NCBI GenBank assembly: GCA_964613665.1
Contig: CAZTIG010000003.1
Coordinates: 78,565 to 142,564 of the forward strand
From: an uncultured Chloroflexia bacterium
GTDB taxonomy: Bacteria > Chloroflexota > Chloroflexia > DTKN01
Direction: 5' to 3'
DNA: 64,000 nucleotides
The notes under the pieces were generated by a model that was not told where the DNA came from, did not search any database, and saw nothing but the letters and a program-made list of their open reading frames with translations. The translations under genes and the position numbers were made by a program. Shown piece after piece: positions 1 to 10,056 of the stretch. Within the stretch, counting starts at the first letter, position 1; every line of letters begins with the position of its first letter.

Positions 1-738
1 CAGCGTGCCGTCGGTGAGAGCCAGGTAGATCGTCCCGGCAGCGCAGAGAGGCGCGGCACGGATGCCGGCGGCACAGTCGCGCCGCCAGGCCAGCTTGCCA
101 CTGCCTCGCTCGAAAGCCAGGAGCTCTCCGCCTTCCCACGGAGCGGCCAGAGTGCCGACGAGGACGTGCCTGGGGGTCAGGACGGGCGGCGTGGAGAAAC
201 GCGGGGAGTCGCCGCTGCGCCGGGTCCTCCAGACCGGCCGGCCCGTGCGGGCATCCAGGCAGGCCAACATGCCGTTGGTGGTGGCGAAATAGGCCTGCAC
301 CTGGTCAGCGGGATCGACGGCAGCAGCCGCGCGGACGGCCCCCTCCAGGTTGCTGTTCCAGGCGGGCCGGCCGGCCGGGTCGAGGGCATAGAGATGGCCC
401 TCCTCGTCGCCGCAGAGGAAGAGGGAACCAGCCCGGGCGGCGCCGCCCTCGACGGCAGCGGGAGTCTGGTGGAGCCAGCGCTGCTCTCCACTGCTGGGAT
501 CGAGCGCCAGCAGCCCGCCACCGGCCTCGCCGCGGGCGCCCAGGCTGGCCAGGAGGAGCGGTCCGGCCTGGGGCAGGTCGGCGACGGCCAGCGCCAGGAC
601 GGGGCGTGGCGCCGCGGCCGACCAGAGCGGCCGGCCGGGCTCCGGCAGGGCCTGCGGGCGGGTCCAGCCACAGCGGCAGTCTCGGCGGGAGCCGAGGTAG
701 GAGCTGCAGGTGGGGCAGAAGATGGCGGGGTGGGGCAT
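1..738 (-). CDS. Zinc-ribbon + PQQ-like beta-propeller repeat protein (3' end runs off window; N-terminal 246 aa present)
   Basis: Hand-translated minus frame (not in ORF track because there is no stop in the window): MPHPAIFCPTCSSYLGSRRDCRCGW... followed by repeated G.LYALD..G...W motifs typical of PQQ/BamB-like propellers. ATG at 738 preceded by an AGGAA-type RBS. Paralog of the N-terminus of 34573..37599. Confidence 0.55.
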   Translation of the reverse strand, partial: MPHPAIFCPTCSSYLGSRRDCRCGWTRPQALPEPGRPLWSAAAPRPVLALAVADLPQAGPLLLASLGARGEAGGGLLALDPSSGEQRWLHQTPAAVEGGAARAGSLFLCGDEEGHLYALDPAGRPAWNSNLEGAVRAAAAVDPADQVQAYFATTNGMLACLDARTGRPVWRTRRSGDSPRFSTPPVLTPRHVLVGTLAAPWEGGELLAFERGSGKLAWRRDCAAGIRAAPLCAAGTIYLALTDGTL

Positions 739-754
739 TGCCTTTTCCTTTCGG

Positions 755-1297
755 CTACGGCTCCTGGGGTCCCAGCTCCTCCAGCACCCGGCCCAACTCG
801 CCCAGGTCCTGGCCAATAGGCAGCTCATTCAGATCCACGGTCAGCGGCACACTCACGCTGATGGGCAGGTTCATGGAGATGGGCACGGTGGTGCTGACCT
901 GGACCGGGACGATGGTCCTGACGGGGATGTCCAGGTGGATAGGAAAGGTCTGGGAGATCAGCCCGATGGCCGGCACGTCTATGTTGATGCGAAAGGCGGT
1001 ATCCACCGGGACAACCTCGTCCACGCTCACCTCCACCGTACGGCGGAGGGGGAAGTCGACGCGCAGCGGCCAATCCTGGCGGATAGTGACGTTCAGCGTG
1101 AGCGGCTCCTCGCTGGCCTGCCGCAGGGAGGAGCCCAGGCCGGCGGCGGCCTCGACGACGGGCGTGGCCTGGCTGTAGATACGCCAGCCGGCGTAGAGCA
1201 TGACCCCGTTGACGACCAGGGAGAGCAGGGTAAGCACCAGCAGCACGGTGAAGGCGGCCCAGGAAGGGCCGGGGCGGGAGCGCTGCGGATAGGTCAA
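755..1297 (-). CDS. Hypothetical membrane-anchored protein (N-terminal TM helix, beta-rich V/P/I repetitive body)
   Basis: 180-codon ORF. TTG start with AGGAGG RBS 5 nt upstream. Hydrophobic segment AAFTVLLVLTLLSLVVNGVMLYAGW. Its stop lies 17 nt upstream of the start of the downstream ZnR-PQQ gene (operon-like). Confidence 0.45.
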   Translation of the reverse strand: MTYPQRSRPGPSWAAFTVLLVLTLLSLVVNGVMLYAGWRIYSQATPVVEAAAGLGSSLRQASEEPLTLNVTIRQDWPLRVDFPLRRTVEVSVDEVVPVDTAFRINIDVPAIGLISQTFPIHLDIPVRTIVPVQVSTTVPISMNLPISVSVPLTVDLNELPIGQDLGELGRVLEELGPQEP

Positions 1298-1312
1298 GGG
1301 TACCTCCTAGAG

Positions 1313-1364
1313 TGGTTGCAGGTTACAGGTTACAAGTCACAGGTTGCAGGTCACGGGTTACAGA
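1313..1364. repeat. Array of ~7 degenerate heptamer repeats (GGTTACA / GGTTGCA / GGTCACG) in the upstream region of the 755..1297 gene
   Basis: Sequence tggttgcaggttacaggttacaagtcacaggttgcaggtcacgggttacag, read directly. Confidence 0.6.
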
Positions 1365-1485
1365 TCTCTTGGCAAGTTGGCCCGCACTTGGCTCTTCAAG
1401 CAGTCCTCAGGCAACGGCCCAGCAGGCGCGGGATCATAACAATGAGTTTTAGACCACGCCGAAGATATCCTGTACCCTCGGGTCA

Positions 1486-3273
<1,788 letters not shown>

Positions 3274-3359
3274 CTGGCGAGGCTGATCGGACACCGGACC
3301 TCCTTGTCCAGCCGCAGTTCGTGTTACACCATCCATCTCCCCCCCTTCCTTGAAGTGTC

Positions 3360-3445
3360 TCCTTGCTTCCTGCTTCCTGCTTCCTGCTTCTTGCTTCTTG
3401 CTTCTTGCTTCCTGCCTCTTGCTTCCTGCCTCTTGCCTCTTGCTA
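3360..3445. repeat. Pyrimidine-rich microsatellite (CTTGCTTC / CTTCCTG units, ~10 copies) in the divergent intergenic region between the kinase and the Vps4-like ATPase
   Basis: ccttgcttcctgcttcctgcttcctgcttcttgcttcttgcttcttgcttcctgcctcttgcttcctgcctcttgcctcttgc, read directly. Confidence 0.8.
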
Positions 3446-3552
3446 TTATACCGCCGCCGGGCCGAGAGTTCAAGCCGGCATTGCCTCCCCGCCCAAGATA
3501 TGGTATGATACCCCCGGCGGCGCACGGCGGCACCGAGAAAAGGAGGGAACCC

Positions 3553-4635
3553 ATGGACTTTTTCCGCACCCAGGCCGGCCGGCACATGACCCAGGCGATG
3601 GCCCAGGAGCGCGGCGGCAACATGCAAAAGGCCCACTACCACTACCTCAAGGCCGCCGAGTACCTCTACAAGGCCGCCCGCCAGGTGCCGGCCGAGGAGC
3701 AGGAGCGCATCGTCGTCCAGGCCGAGGCACTGCTGCAGCGCGCCCAGGCCGTGGAAAAGGCCGGCCTGGCCCCGCCCGAGGCCGCCGCGGCCGGCGAGGC
3801 CCCCGCCTGGCTGGTCGCCGAGCGGCCCTCCATCCGTTTCGCCGATGTGGCCGGCCTGGACGAGGTCAAGGAGCAGATCCGCCTGCGCCTGGTCTACCCC
3901 TTTACCCACCCGGAGAAGGCCCGCCACTACGGCATCAAGCAGGGCGGCGGCCTGCTCCTCTACGGCCCCCCCGGCACCGGCAAGACCATGCTCGCCCGCG
4001 CCGTGGCCGGCGAGATCGACGCCCCTTTCTACACGGTCAAGCCCTCCGACATCATGAGCAAATGGGTCGGCGAGGCCGAGCAGAACATCGCCCGCCTCTT
4101 CCAGGCCGCCCGCAGCACCGCCCGCGCCGTGATCTTCATCGACGAGGTCGAGTCGCTCATGCCGCGCCGGCGCGACAGCGCTTCCACGGTGATGCAACGG
4201 GTCGTCCCGCAGATCCTGACCGAGATGCAGGGCTTTGAGGAGCACGCCGGCGCTCTCCTCTTTGTCGGTGCCACCAACGAGCCCTGGTCGCTGGACACGG
4301 CTGCGCTGCGCCCAGGCCGCTTCGACGAAAAGGTCTATATTCCCCTGCCCGACCTGCCGGCCCGGCTGCGCATACTCGAGCTGCACACCCGCAAGCGACC
4401 GCTGGACCAGGACGTGGACCTGGAAGAGCTGGCCCATCTCGCCGAGGGCTACAGCGGCGCCGACCTCGTCCATATGTGCGAGAAGGTCGCCGACCTGGCC
4501 TTTCTCGAGGCCGTCCAGACCGGCGAGGACCGGCCCATCGCCATGGCCGACTTCCTCTCTGCCTTCCAGGAAGTGCAGCCCTCGGTCACGGCCAAGGACC
4601 TGGCCAGGTTCGAGAAGTTCGAGCAGAACGCGTAA
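3553..4635 (+). CDS. MIT-domain AAA+ ATPase, Vps4/katanin-like (meiotic-clade AAA)
   Basis: N-terminal three-helix MIT-like region (KAHYHYLKAAEYLYKAARQ...QAEALLQRAQAVEKA). Walker A GPPGTGKT, Walker B IFIDEV, second region of homology with arginine fingers. AGGAGGG RBS 6 nt upstream of the ATG. Confidence 0.85.
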   Translation: MDFFRTQAGRHMTQAMAQERGGNMQKAHYHYLKAAEYLYKAARQVPAEEQERIVVQAEALLQRAQAVEKAGLAPPEAAAAGEAPAWLVAERPSIRFADVAGLDEVKEQIRLRLVYPFTHPEKARHYGIKQGGGLLLYGPPGTGKTMLARAVAGEIDAPFYTVKPSDIMSKWVGEAEQNIARLFQAARSTARAVIFIDEVESLMPRRRDSASTVMQRVVPQILTEMQGFEEHAGALLFVGATNEPWSLDTAALRPGRFDEKVYIPLPDLPARLRILELHTRKRPLDQDVDLEELAHLAEGYSGADLVHMCEKVADLAFLEAVQTGEDRPIAMADFLSAFQEVQPSVTAKDLARFEKFEQNA

Positions 4636-4647
4636 GGAGACCGCCCC

Positions 4648-6012
4648 ATGCCCGATCCCCAGGATATCCAGCGCGAGTTTGAGGCCCGCCTGGAGCAGCG
4701 CATGCTGCGCCACGGGCGCGGGCAGCTCCTCCAGGACCTCCGCCGCAGCCTGGAGGAGTACGAGCAGCAGCTGCAGTCGCGCCTGCAGGCCTGGGAAGAG
4801 GGCAGCCGCGGCGCTGCCAGCCGCAGCGTGGGCGCGGTCGCTCCCTGGCCGGCCGTCAGCCGCCGCGTGGACCTGCAGGGCGCCGCCGCGCTCCAGGAGA
4901 TGGACCGGCTGATGTGGGATTCCTTTGGCCTGGCCGGCCTCTTCCCCTACCGCGCCTTTGCCGACTACCCGCTGGTCTATTGCGAGACGCTGGAAGAGTA
5001 CCTCGTCCCGCTGCTCGAGACGCTCGACGCCTCCGAGAGCACCCGCCAGGAGTGGCTGGAGACCCTGAAACGCCAAGCCGAGGAGGGAGCCCGCCAGGGC
5101 AGCGGCGAGATGGGCTACAACCTGCCCGGGAGGGGCTGCTTCCTCAACGGCTGGTTCCTGGCCTACGGCCGGGCGGCCAGCGCCCGCGCCGCCCTGGCCG
5201 ACCCCACGGTCTTCCCCAGCATCCTGGCCACCGTGGCCCACGAACGCCAGGGACACGGTTTCCTGGTGATCTACACCCAGTTGGGCGCGGAAAAGGCCCG
5301 CCTGGGCCTGCAGCGCTACGAGATCGCCCGACGCTTCAACCTGCGGCGCAGCGATACCCCCGAGAGCGCCCTGCTGGGGGAGAAGGAGGGCATTGTCTTC
5401 TACTCCTCGCTGCTGCTGGAGGAGGGCTGGGCCACCTGGATCGAGCAGCAGATGTCCAGCCTGGCCCACCAAGCCGGCCTGACGGTGCAGGAGCCGCGCT
5501 TGCCCTCGCGGGGCTACACCGTCGCGCGGGTGGGTGACCTCCTGCAGCGGCTGCAGGCCGGCCGCAGCGACCAGGCGGAGGCTGCCCGGGCAGCGCTCGA
5601 CGCGCTGGCCGCCCTCTTCATCCGGGAGAGCCCCAGCGACGTGCTGATCCACCAGGCCGTGCGCATCCTGCAGCAGGCCGGGCCCGCCCTGGACGAGGCC
5701 TTTGGCCGCGAGTTCGGCCAGCCCTCGCCCTACGTGCTGGGTTACCTGCTGCTGCAGCGGCTGGCCGGTGCCGTGGGCCCGCGCTGCGTGCCCCATGCGG
5801 TGGGCTTGGCGGGCAACTTGAGCTACGGTCTGCAGAGCATCTCTGTGAGTGACCTGGAGTCGGTGGTGGCGGAGAACCCTCGCCTGAACGCCGACAGCCG
5901 GTTGGCCCTGCTGGGCAGCCTGCAGCTGCAGCGCCCCGGCGACGTGGCCGAACTGGCCCGCCTGGCACGAGAGGAGCTGAACCTGGCCGTGCCCGAGGGG
6001 TGGCCGTGCTAG
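4648..6012 (+). CDS. Hypothetical soluble protein, translationally coupled partner of the Vps4-like ATPase
   Basis: 454-codon ORF with GC3-rich codon usage. AAGGAG RBS overlaps the upstream stop. No recognisable domain except an HERQGH (HExxxH-like) motif. Confidence 0.6.
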   Translation: MPDPQDIQREFEARLEQRMLRHGRGQLLQDLRRSLEEYEQQLQSRLQAWEEGSRGAASRSVGAVAPWPAVSRRVDLQGAAALQEMDRLMWDSFGLAGLFPYRAFADYPLVYCETLEEYLVPLLETLDASESTRQEWLETLKRQAEEGARQGSGEMGYNLPGRGCFLNGWFLAYGRAASARAALADPTVFPSILATVAHERQGHGFLVIYTQLGAEKARLGLQRYEIARRFNLRRSDTPESALLGEKEGIVFYSSLLLEEGWATWIEQQMSSLAHQAGLTVQEPRLPSRGYTVARVGDLLQRLQAGRSDQAEAARAALDALAALFIRESPSDVLIHQAVRILQQAGPALDEAFGREFGQPSPYVLGYLLLQRLAGAVGPRCVPHAVGLAGNLSYGLQSISVSDLESVVAENPRLNADSRLALLGSLQLQRPGDVAELARLAREELNLAVPEGWPC

Positions 6013-6073
6013 CCAGGAGGAGGAAAGGGGAGCCCAGGGGATACGACAGAGGCAAGATCAAGAGGAGATCACC

Positions 6074-8035
6074 ATGGCCGGCCAGGAGTCGAAGAAGACA
6101 CTGGGGAGGTATGAGATTCAGGAAGAACTGGGGAAGGGGGCCTTTGCTACCGTCTATCGGGCGCGGGACACGGTCCTGAACCGCGAGGTCGCGCTCAAGG
6201 TGCTGCACCCGCAGTTACTGGTGGATCCGGACTGGGTAGCGCGCTTCAGCCGCGAGGCCCAGGTGATGGCCAACCTGCGCCATCCCCACATCGTCGCCAT
6301 ATACGACGTGGTCGAGGGGGAGGGCCGGCTCTACATCGTCATGGAGCTGGCCCGCGGCCCGCACCTGGGGCGGCGCATCGCCGAGCGGGGCCGGTTGAGC
6401 TGGGCCGAGATGCTGGCCGTTCTGGGGCCGGTCGCGGCGGCGCTAGACCATGCCCATGGGCAGGGGGTGGTGCACCGCGATCTCAAGCCGGCTAACATTC
6501 TACTGGACAGCGAACGAGGGCCGCTGGTGAGCGATTTTGGCTTTGCCCGGCTGGTGGGGGAGTCGTCGCTCAGCGGCTCTTACAGCGGCGGTGTGGTGGG
6601 CACCCCGGCCTACATCGCCCCCGAGGTGTGGCGGGGAGAGAAGGCCGGCCCCGCCGCCGACATCTACGCCCTGGGCTGCATCGTCTGGGAGATGCTGCGC
6701 GGGGCGGCCCTTTTCCAGGGCGACTCCCCGGCCGTGGTGATGCAGAAGCACCTGCTGGAGGGTCCGCAGTTCCCGCAGGTGCGGCCGGCGGGGTCGCCGC
6801 CGTGGCTGGAGGAGGTGCTGCGCCAGGCCCTGGCCCAGGAGCCGGGGCAGCGCTGGAGCAGCGCGGGCGAGCTGGCGCGGGCGCTGGAGGCGGCCCTGGG
6901 CGGTCTTTCGGGCGGGGGGAGAAAGGAGGGCGGGGAGGCCGCCTACCGGGCCGCCCTGCGCCAGGCCTGGCTGGCCGACAGGCTCGAACAGGCCGAGGCG
7001 GCGCTGCGCCCGCTGCGCCAGCGCCTGCGGCCGGCCGAGGCGCGGCGGGTCGAGGAGGAGGTCCGCGGCGAAGTGGCCCAGGCCCTGCTGGAGCAGGGCC
7101 GCAGAGAGGAGGCCGCCGGCCAGGCCGAGGAGGCCGCGGTCACCTACCGCCGGGTGCTGCAGGCCGCGCCAGAGGGGCCCGCGGCGGCGCAGGTGCAGGA
7201 GGCACGGCGGCGCTGGCTGGACATGGCCCAGGAGTGGCAGGAGGCCGGCGGGACCGCGGAGGCGCGCTGGTGGGCCGGCCTGGCGGAGGCCGTGGCAGGC
7301 ACGACGATTCCGAACAGACAGCCTTTCGAGCCCGAGCTGGTGCGCATCCCGGCCGGCGAGTTCCTCATGGGCAGCGACAAGAAGAAGGATCCCAAGGCCT
7401 TTGATGACGAACTCCCGCAGCACCGCCTCTACCTGCCCGAGTACCACATCGCCCGCACGCCGGTGACCAACGCCCAGTACGCCGCCTTCGTGCGGGCGGC
7501 CGGCTACCAGGCGCCGGAGCACTGGCAGGGCGGCCGGCCGCCGGCGGGGGAGGAGGAGCACCCGGTGGTGTACGTCTCCTGGGAGGACGCCCTGGCCTAC
7601 TGCCACTGGCTGGCCGAGGCCACCGGCCGGCCGTACACCCTGCCCAGCGAGGCCGAGTGGGAAAAGGCCGCCCGCGGGCCCGATGGGCGCGTCTACCCCT
7701 GGGGGGACGAGTGGGACGCCCGGCGCTGCAACAGCTCAGAAGGGGGCAAGGGCGGGACCACCCCGGTGGGGGCCTACCCGGCCGGGGCCAGCCCCTACGG
7801 CCTGCTGGACATGGCCGGCAACGTCTGGGAGTGGACCAGGAGCCTGTACCAGCCCTACCCCTACGACCCCGGCGACGGTCGGGAGGATCTGGGCCCGTCG
7901 GGGCCGCGGGTGCTGCGCGGGGGCTCCTGGGTCAGCGACGAATGGAATTCGCGCGCGGCCTACCGCAACGGCATCATCCCGGACTTCCACGACGTCTACA
8001 TCTGTTTTCGGTGCGTCGTGTTGCCAGGACACTGA
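6074..8035 (+). CDS. Ser/Thr protein kinase fused to a C-terminal FGE-sulfatase (formylglycine-generating enzyme/SUMF1-like) domain
   Basis: Kinase motifs GKGAFATVYRA, HRDLKPANILL, DFGFA. C-terminal RIPAGEFLMGS...HPVVYVSWEDALAYCHWL...GNVWEWT...RGGSW FGE-sulfatase signature. Confidence 0.85.
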   Translation: MAGQESKKTLGRYEIQEELGKGAFATVYRARDTVLNREVALKVLHPQLLVDPDWVARFSREAQVMANLRHPHIVAIYDVVEGEGRLYIVMELARGPHLGRRIAERGRLSWAEMLAVLGPVAAALDHAHGQGVVHRDLKPANILLDSERGPLVSDFGFARLVGESSLSGSYSGGVVGTPAYIAPEVWRGEKAGPAADIYALGCIVWEMLRGAALFQGDSPAVVMQKHLLEGPQFPQVRPAGSPPWLEEVLRQALAQEPGQRWSSAGELARALEAALGGLSGGGRKEGGEAAYRAALRQAWLADRLEQAEAALRPLRQRLRPAEARRVEEEVRGEVAQALLEQGRREEAAGQAEEAAVTYRRVLQAAPEGPAAAQVQEARRRWLDMAQEWQEAGGTAEARWWAGLAEAVAGTTIPNRQPFEPELVRIPAGEFLMGSDKKKDPKAFDDELPQHRLYLPEYHIARTPVTNAQYAAFVRAAGYQAPEHWQGGRPPAGEEEHPVVYVSWEDALAYCHWLAEATGRPYTLPSEAEWEKAARGPDGRVYPWGDEWDARRCNSSEGGKGGTTPVGAYPAGASPYGLLDMAGNVWEWTRSLYQPYPYDPGDGREDLGPSGPRVLRGGSWVSDEWNSRAAYRNGIIPDFHDVYICFRCVVLPGH

Positions 8036-8261
8036 GTTTCTGGATTGCTGGGTACTGGATTTCTGCGGGGGAGTTTGAGGGGGCGGGCCCCCTCAAACCG
8101 TGGGGGAGTCCAGAGGGGGCTTTGCCCCCTCTGGACGCGCGCAGCGCGGCGCGGCGTATCCTGTGGGAGCGCCTGCGCCGCCAGGGGGCAATCGCGCTGG
8201 CGCCATTGCGGACAGCAGGACTACTGCTCTGCTGCATCACCGGAGAACCCACGGCTGAGCG

Positions 8262-9974
8262 CTACAGGTCCTGTCCCTCGCCCTCCTCCTCGAACTCCTG
8301 CCCCAGATCATGAAGTCCCACTTGAGGAGACCCGAGGCCGGCTGCCTCGAACTGGTCGGAGATCGTCTGCTTGTGCTTGCGCAGCTGCGCGCGCAGCGCC
8401 CGCAACATGGTTTCCAGAACGTCCCGCGCTCCATGTAGCAGCACAAGGTCTTCCTCGGCAGTTGGAAGATGCCCCAGGCCGGTGGCCTCCTCTTCGGCTG
8501 TGTCGGCGGCGCTCTTGAGCCAGTCCATGTCCCCCAGCCGGCTGACATAGTTCCAGTAGTAGCGCTTGGAGCTCACGTTCTCCATCGTGATCTCGAATTT
8601 CTCCCCACTGGTCAGCGACATCGTGAAGGTCGGGGCGTTCTCGATAAACTCCTGCAGCTGTTGCGTCCCCTGCTCGGCCACAGCTTCGAAGAAGCCTGCT
8701 GGCAGGTCCATCTCGCGAAAGTCGCTGCGGATGCCGATCGAAACCACGTCGGCATAGTACTGCTCGGATGTCCGCTCGCCGGCGCGCAGCCCGGAGATGA
8801 AATCGAAGAAGCAGGCATACATGCCCACCATATCCTTGCCGATGAGCAGAAACTGGATGTAGTACACGCCATGGAGGATCTCCTTGCCGCCGCTCACCAG
8901 CCGGATGGGACGGCGGGCCCACAGATGCTTCTCACGATCCCCCCGATGGAAGATCGGTGGGCAGTCCTGCTGCAGGTCGGCCGGGGCGACAAAGAGCAGG
9001 GGGTTCGGGATCGCCCGTCGCTGCAGGATGCCCGCGGGCAGCGCCTCTTGTCCGCTCAGATCCTGGATGGGTACCAGCTCCGGCTCAAACGACATGCGCT
9101 CGATGGCCTCCCTACGCAGGCGGATCAGGTCATCCTTCCACCAGCCATACAGCTCCTCACCCCATTCCCAGATCTCCGCATACTTCGCCTGATACGCCCG
9201 GCGCGTCGCCCCAAAGAGCTCCTCGAGCCTTCTCAGCTCCCCGTCCCTGGCCGTAGTCATTTCCTGTTGCAGCCGCCGGAGGCGCTCGAGAAACTCGGCG
9301 ATGGTGCGGGACTCCTCCTCATCCAGCTCCTTGGAGGATCGGGCCACGCCGAGGGCGATCAAGGCCACCAGGCCGACGAGAGCGAGCGCCCCTCCCACGA
9401 ACAGCAGCCATTCGTCCTTCTTGGTGCCAAGGGCCAGGCCGACAGTGCTCATGATGATGCCGGCGACCAGCGCCACGACCGACCAGCCGGTGCCCCTCCC
9501 CAGCGCCGCCAGCCGGTCTTGTTTCCTCTCCCTGATGTCGCCGAGCTGGCGGTCCCGCTCCTGGGCCAGCCGTCTCTCCTGATCCTCCTGCCTCTTCCTG
9601 AACACATTGCCGACCCGGTTGGCGACATCCACGCGGGTCTCGTACGGAGTCGGCGGCGGCACGCCCAACGCCCTCGGCGGCTCCTCAAAGAGGCGCTGGA
9701 TCTGCTGCCCATCGGGCGTGAAGAAGAACCTCCAGATGCGCAGACGGCGCTCCGCGTCCGCACGTTCCGCCCCGGAGGCCAGGCGCGCTTGCTGCTCGAG
9801 CTTCTGGCCTTCCTCCAGCGAGGGGAATCTGGGAAAGCAGTGCCACCAGTAGCCCAGGTCGAGTTTCGCCAGCGAATCGAGCGCCTGGCGGATATTGGTC
9901 TTGGCAGGTTCCTCGTAGTAGTCCGCATAGCGCCGCAGCTCGTCGCTCATGCGAGGGTCTAGCTGCTCCGGCAT
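8262..9974 (-). CDS. Hypothetical two-TM coiled-coil membrane protein (last gene of the ESCRT-like operon)
   Basis: Start at MPEQLDP (ATG 9972-9974) with AAGGAGG RBS; the upstream part of the track ORF is low-complexity. Two hydrophobic helices (WSVVALVAGIIMSTVGLALG, LLFVGGALALVGLVALIALGV) flanked by charged coiled-coil segments. Large C-terminal domain of unknown function. Confidence 0.6.
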   Translation of the reverse strand: MPEQLDPRMSDELRRYADYYEEPAKTNIRQALDSLAKLDLGYWWHCFPRFPSLEEGQKLEQQARLASGAERADAERRLRIWRFFFTPDGQQIQRLFEEPPRALGVPPPTPYETRVDVANRVGNVFRKRQEDQERRLAQERDRQLGDIRERKQDRLAALGRGTGWSVVALVAGIIMSTVGLALGTKKDEWLLFVGGALALVGLVALIALGVARSSKELDEEESRTIAEFLERLRRLQQEMTTARDGELRRLEELFGATRRAYQAKYAEIWEWGEELYGWWKDDLIRLRREAIERMSFEPELVPIQDLSGQEALPAGILQRRAIPNPLLFVAPADLQQDCPPIFHRGDREKHLWARRPIRLVSGGKEILHGVYYIQFLLIGKDMVGMYACFFDFISGLRAGERTSEQYYADVVSIGIRSDFREMDLPAGFFEAVAEQGTQQLQEFIENAPTFTMSLTSGEKFEITMENVSSKRYYWNYVSRLGDMDWLKSAADTAEEEATGLGHLPTAEEDLVLLHGARDVLETMLRALRAQLRKHKQTISDQFEAAGLGSPQVGLHDLGQEFEEEGEGQDL

Positions 9975-10056
9975 GGTAGGCCTCCTTACCCTGGAACCTT
10001 CGCGCCGCGCCGCCGGCAACCGGCAATCCCGGCAGTCAGCCTGCCGCCAGCGCAGG

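Noticed and set aside
3324-3623. 99-aa minus ORF encoding repetitive QEARGRKQEARSKKQEAGSRKQ
   Set aside because: It is a translation of the (CTTGCTTC)n microsatellite complement. It overlaps the Vps4-like start region and has no RBS.
4648-6012. Zinc-metalloprotease call for the 454-aa protein based on the HERQGH motif
   Set aside because: The motif is HExxxH, not the HExxH zincin spacing, and no third ligand context was recognisable.
8469-9962. 497-aa plus-strand ORF antisense to the two-TM operon gene, and similar long antisense ORFs (e.g. 6500..7606, 20020..20808, 22069..22914, 45078..46268, 52021..53544)
   Set aside because: They are R/G/P/A-rich and have no RBS or recognisable motifs. 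They are fully antisense to well-supported genes. They are a GC-rich open-frame artefact.
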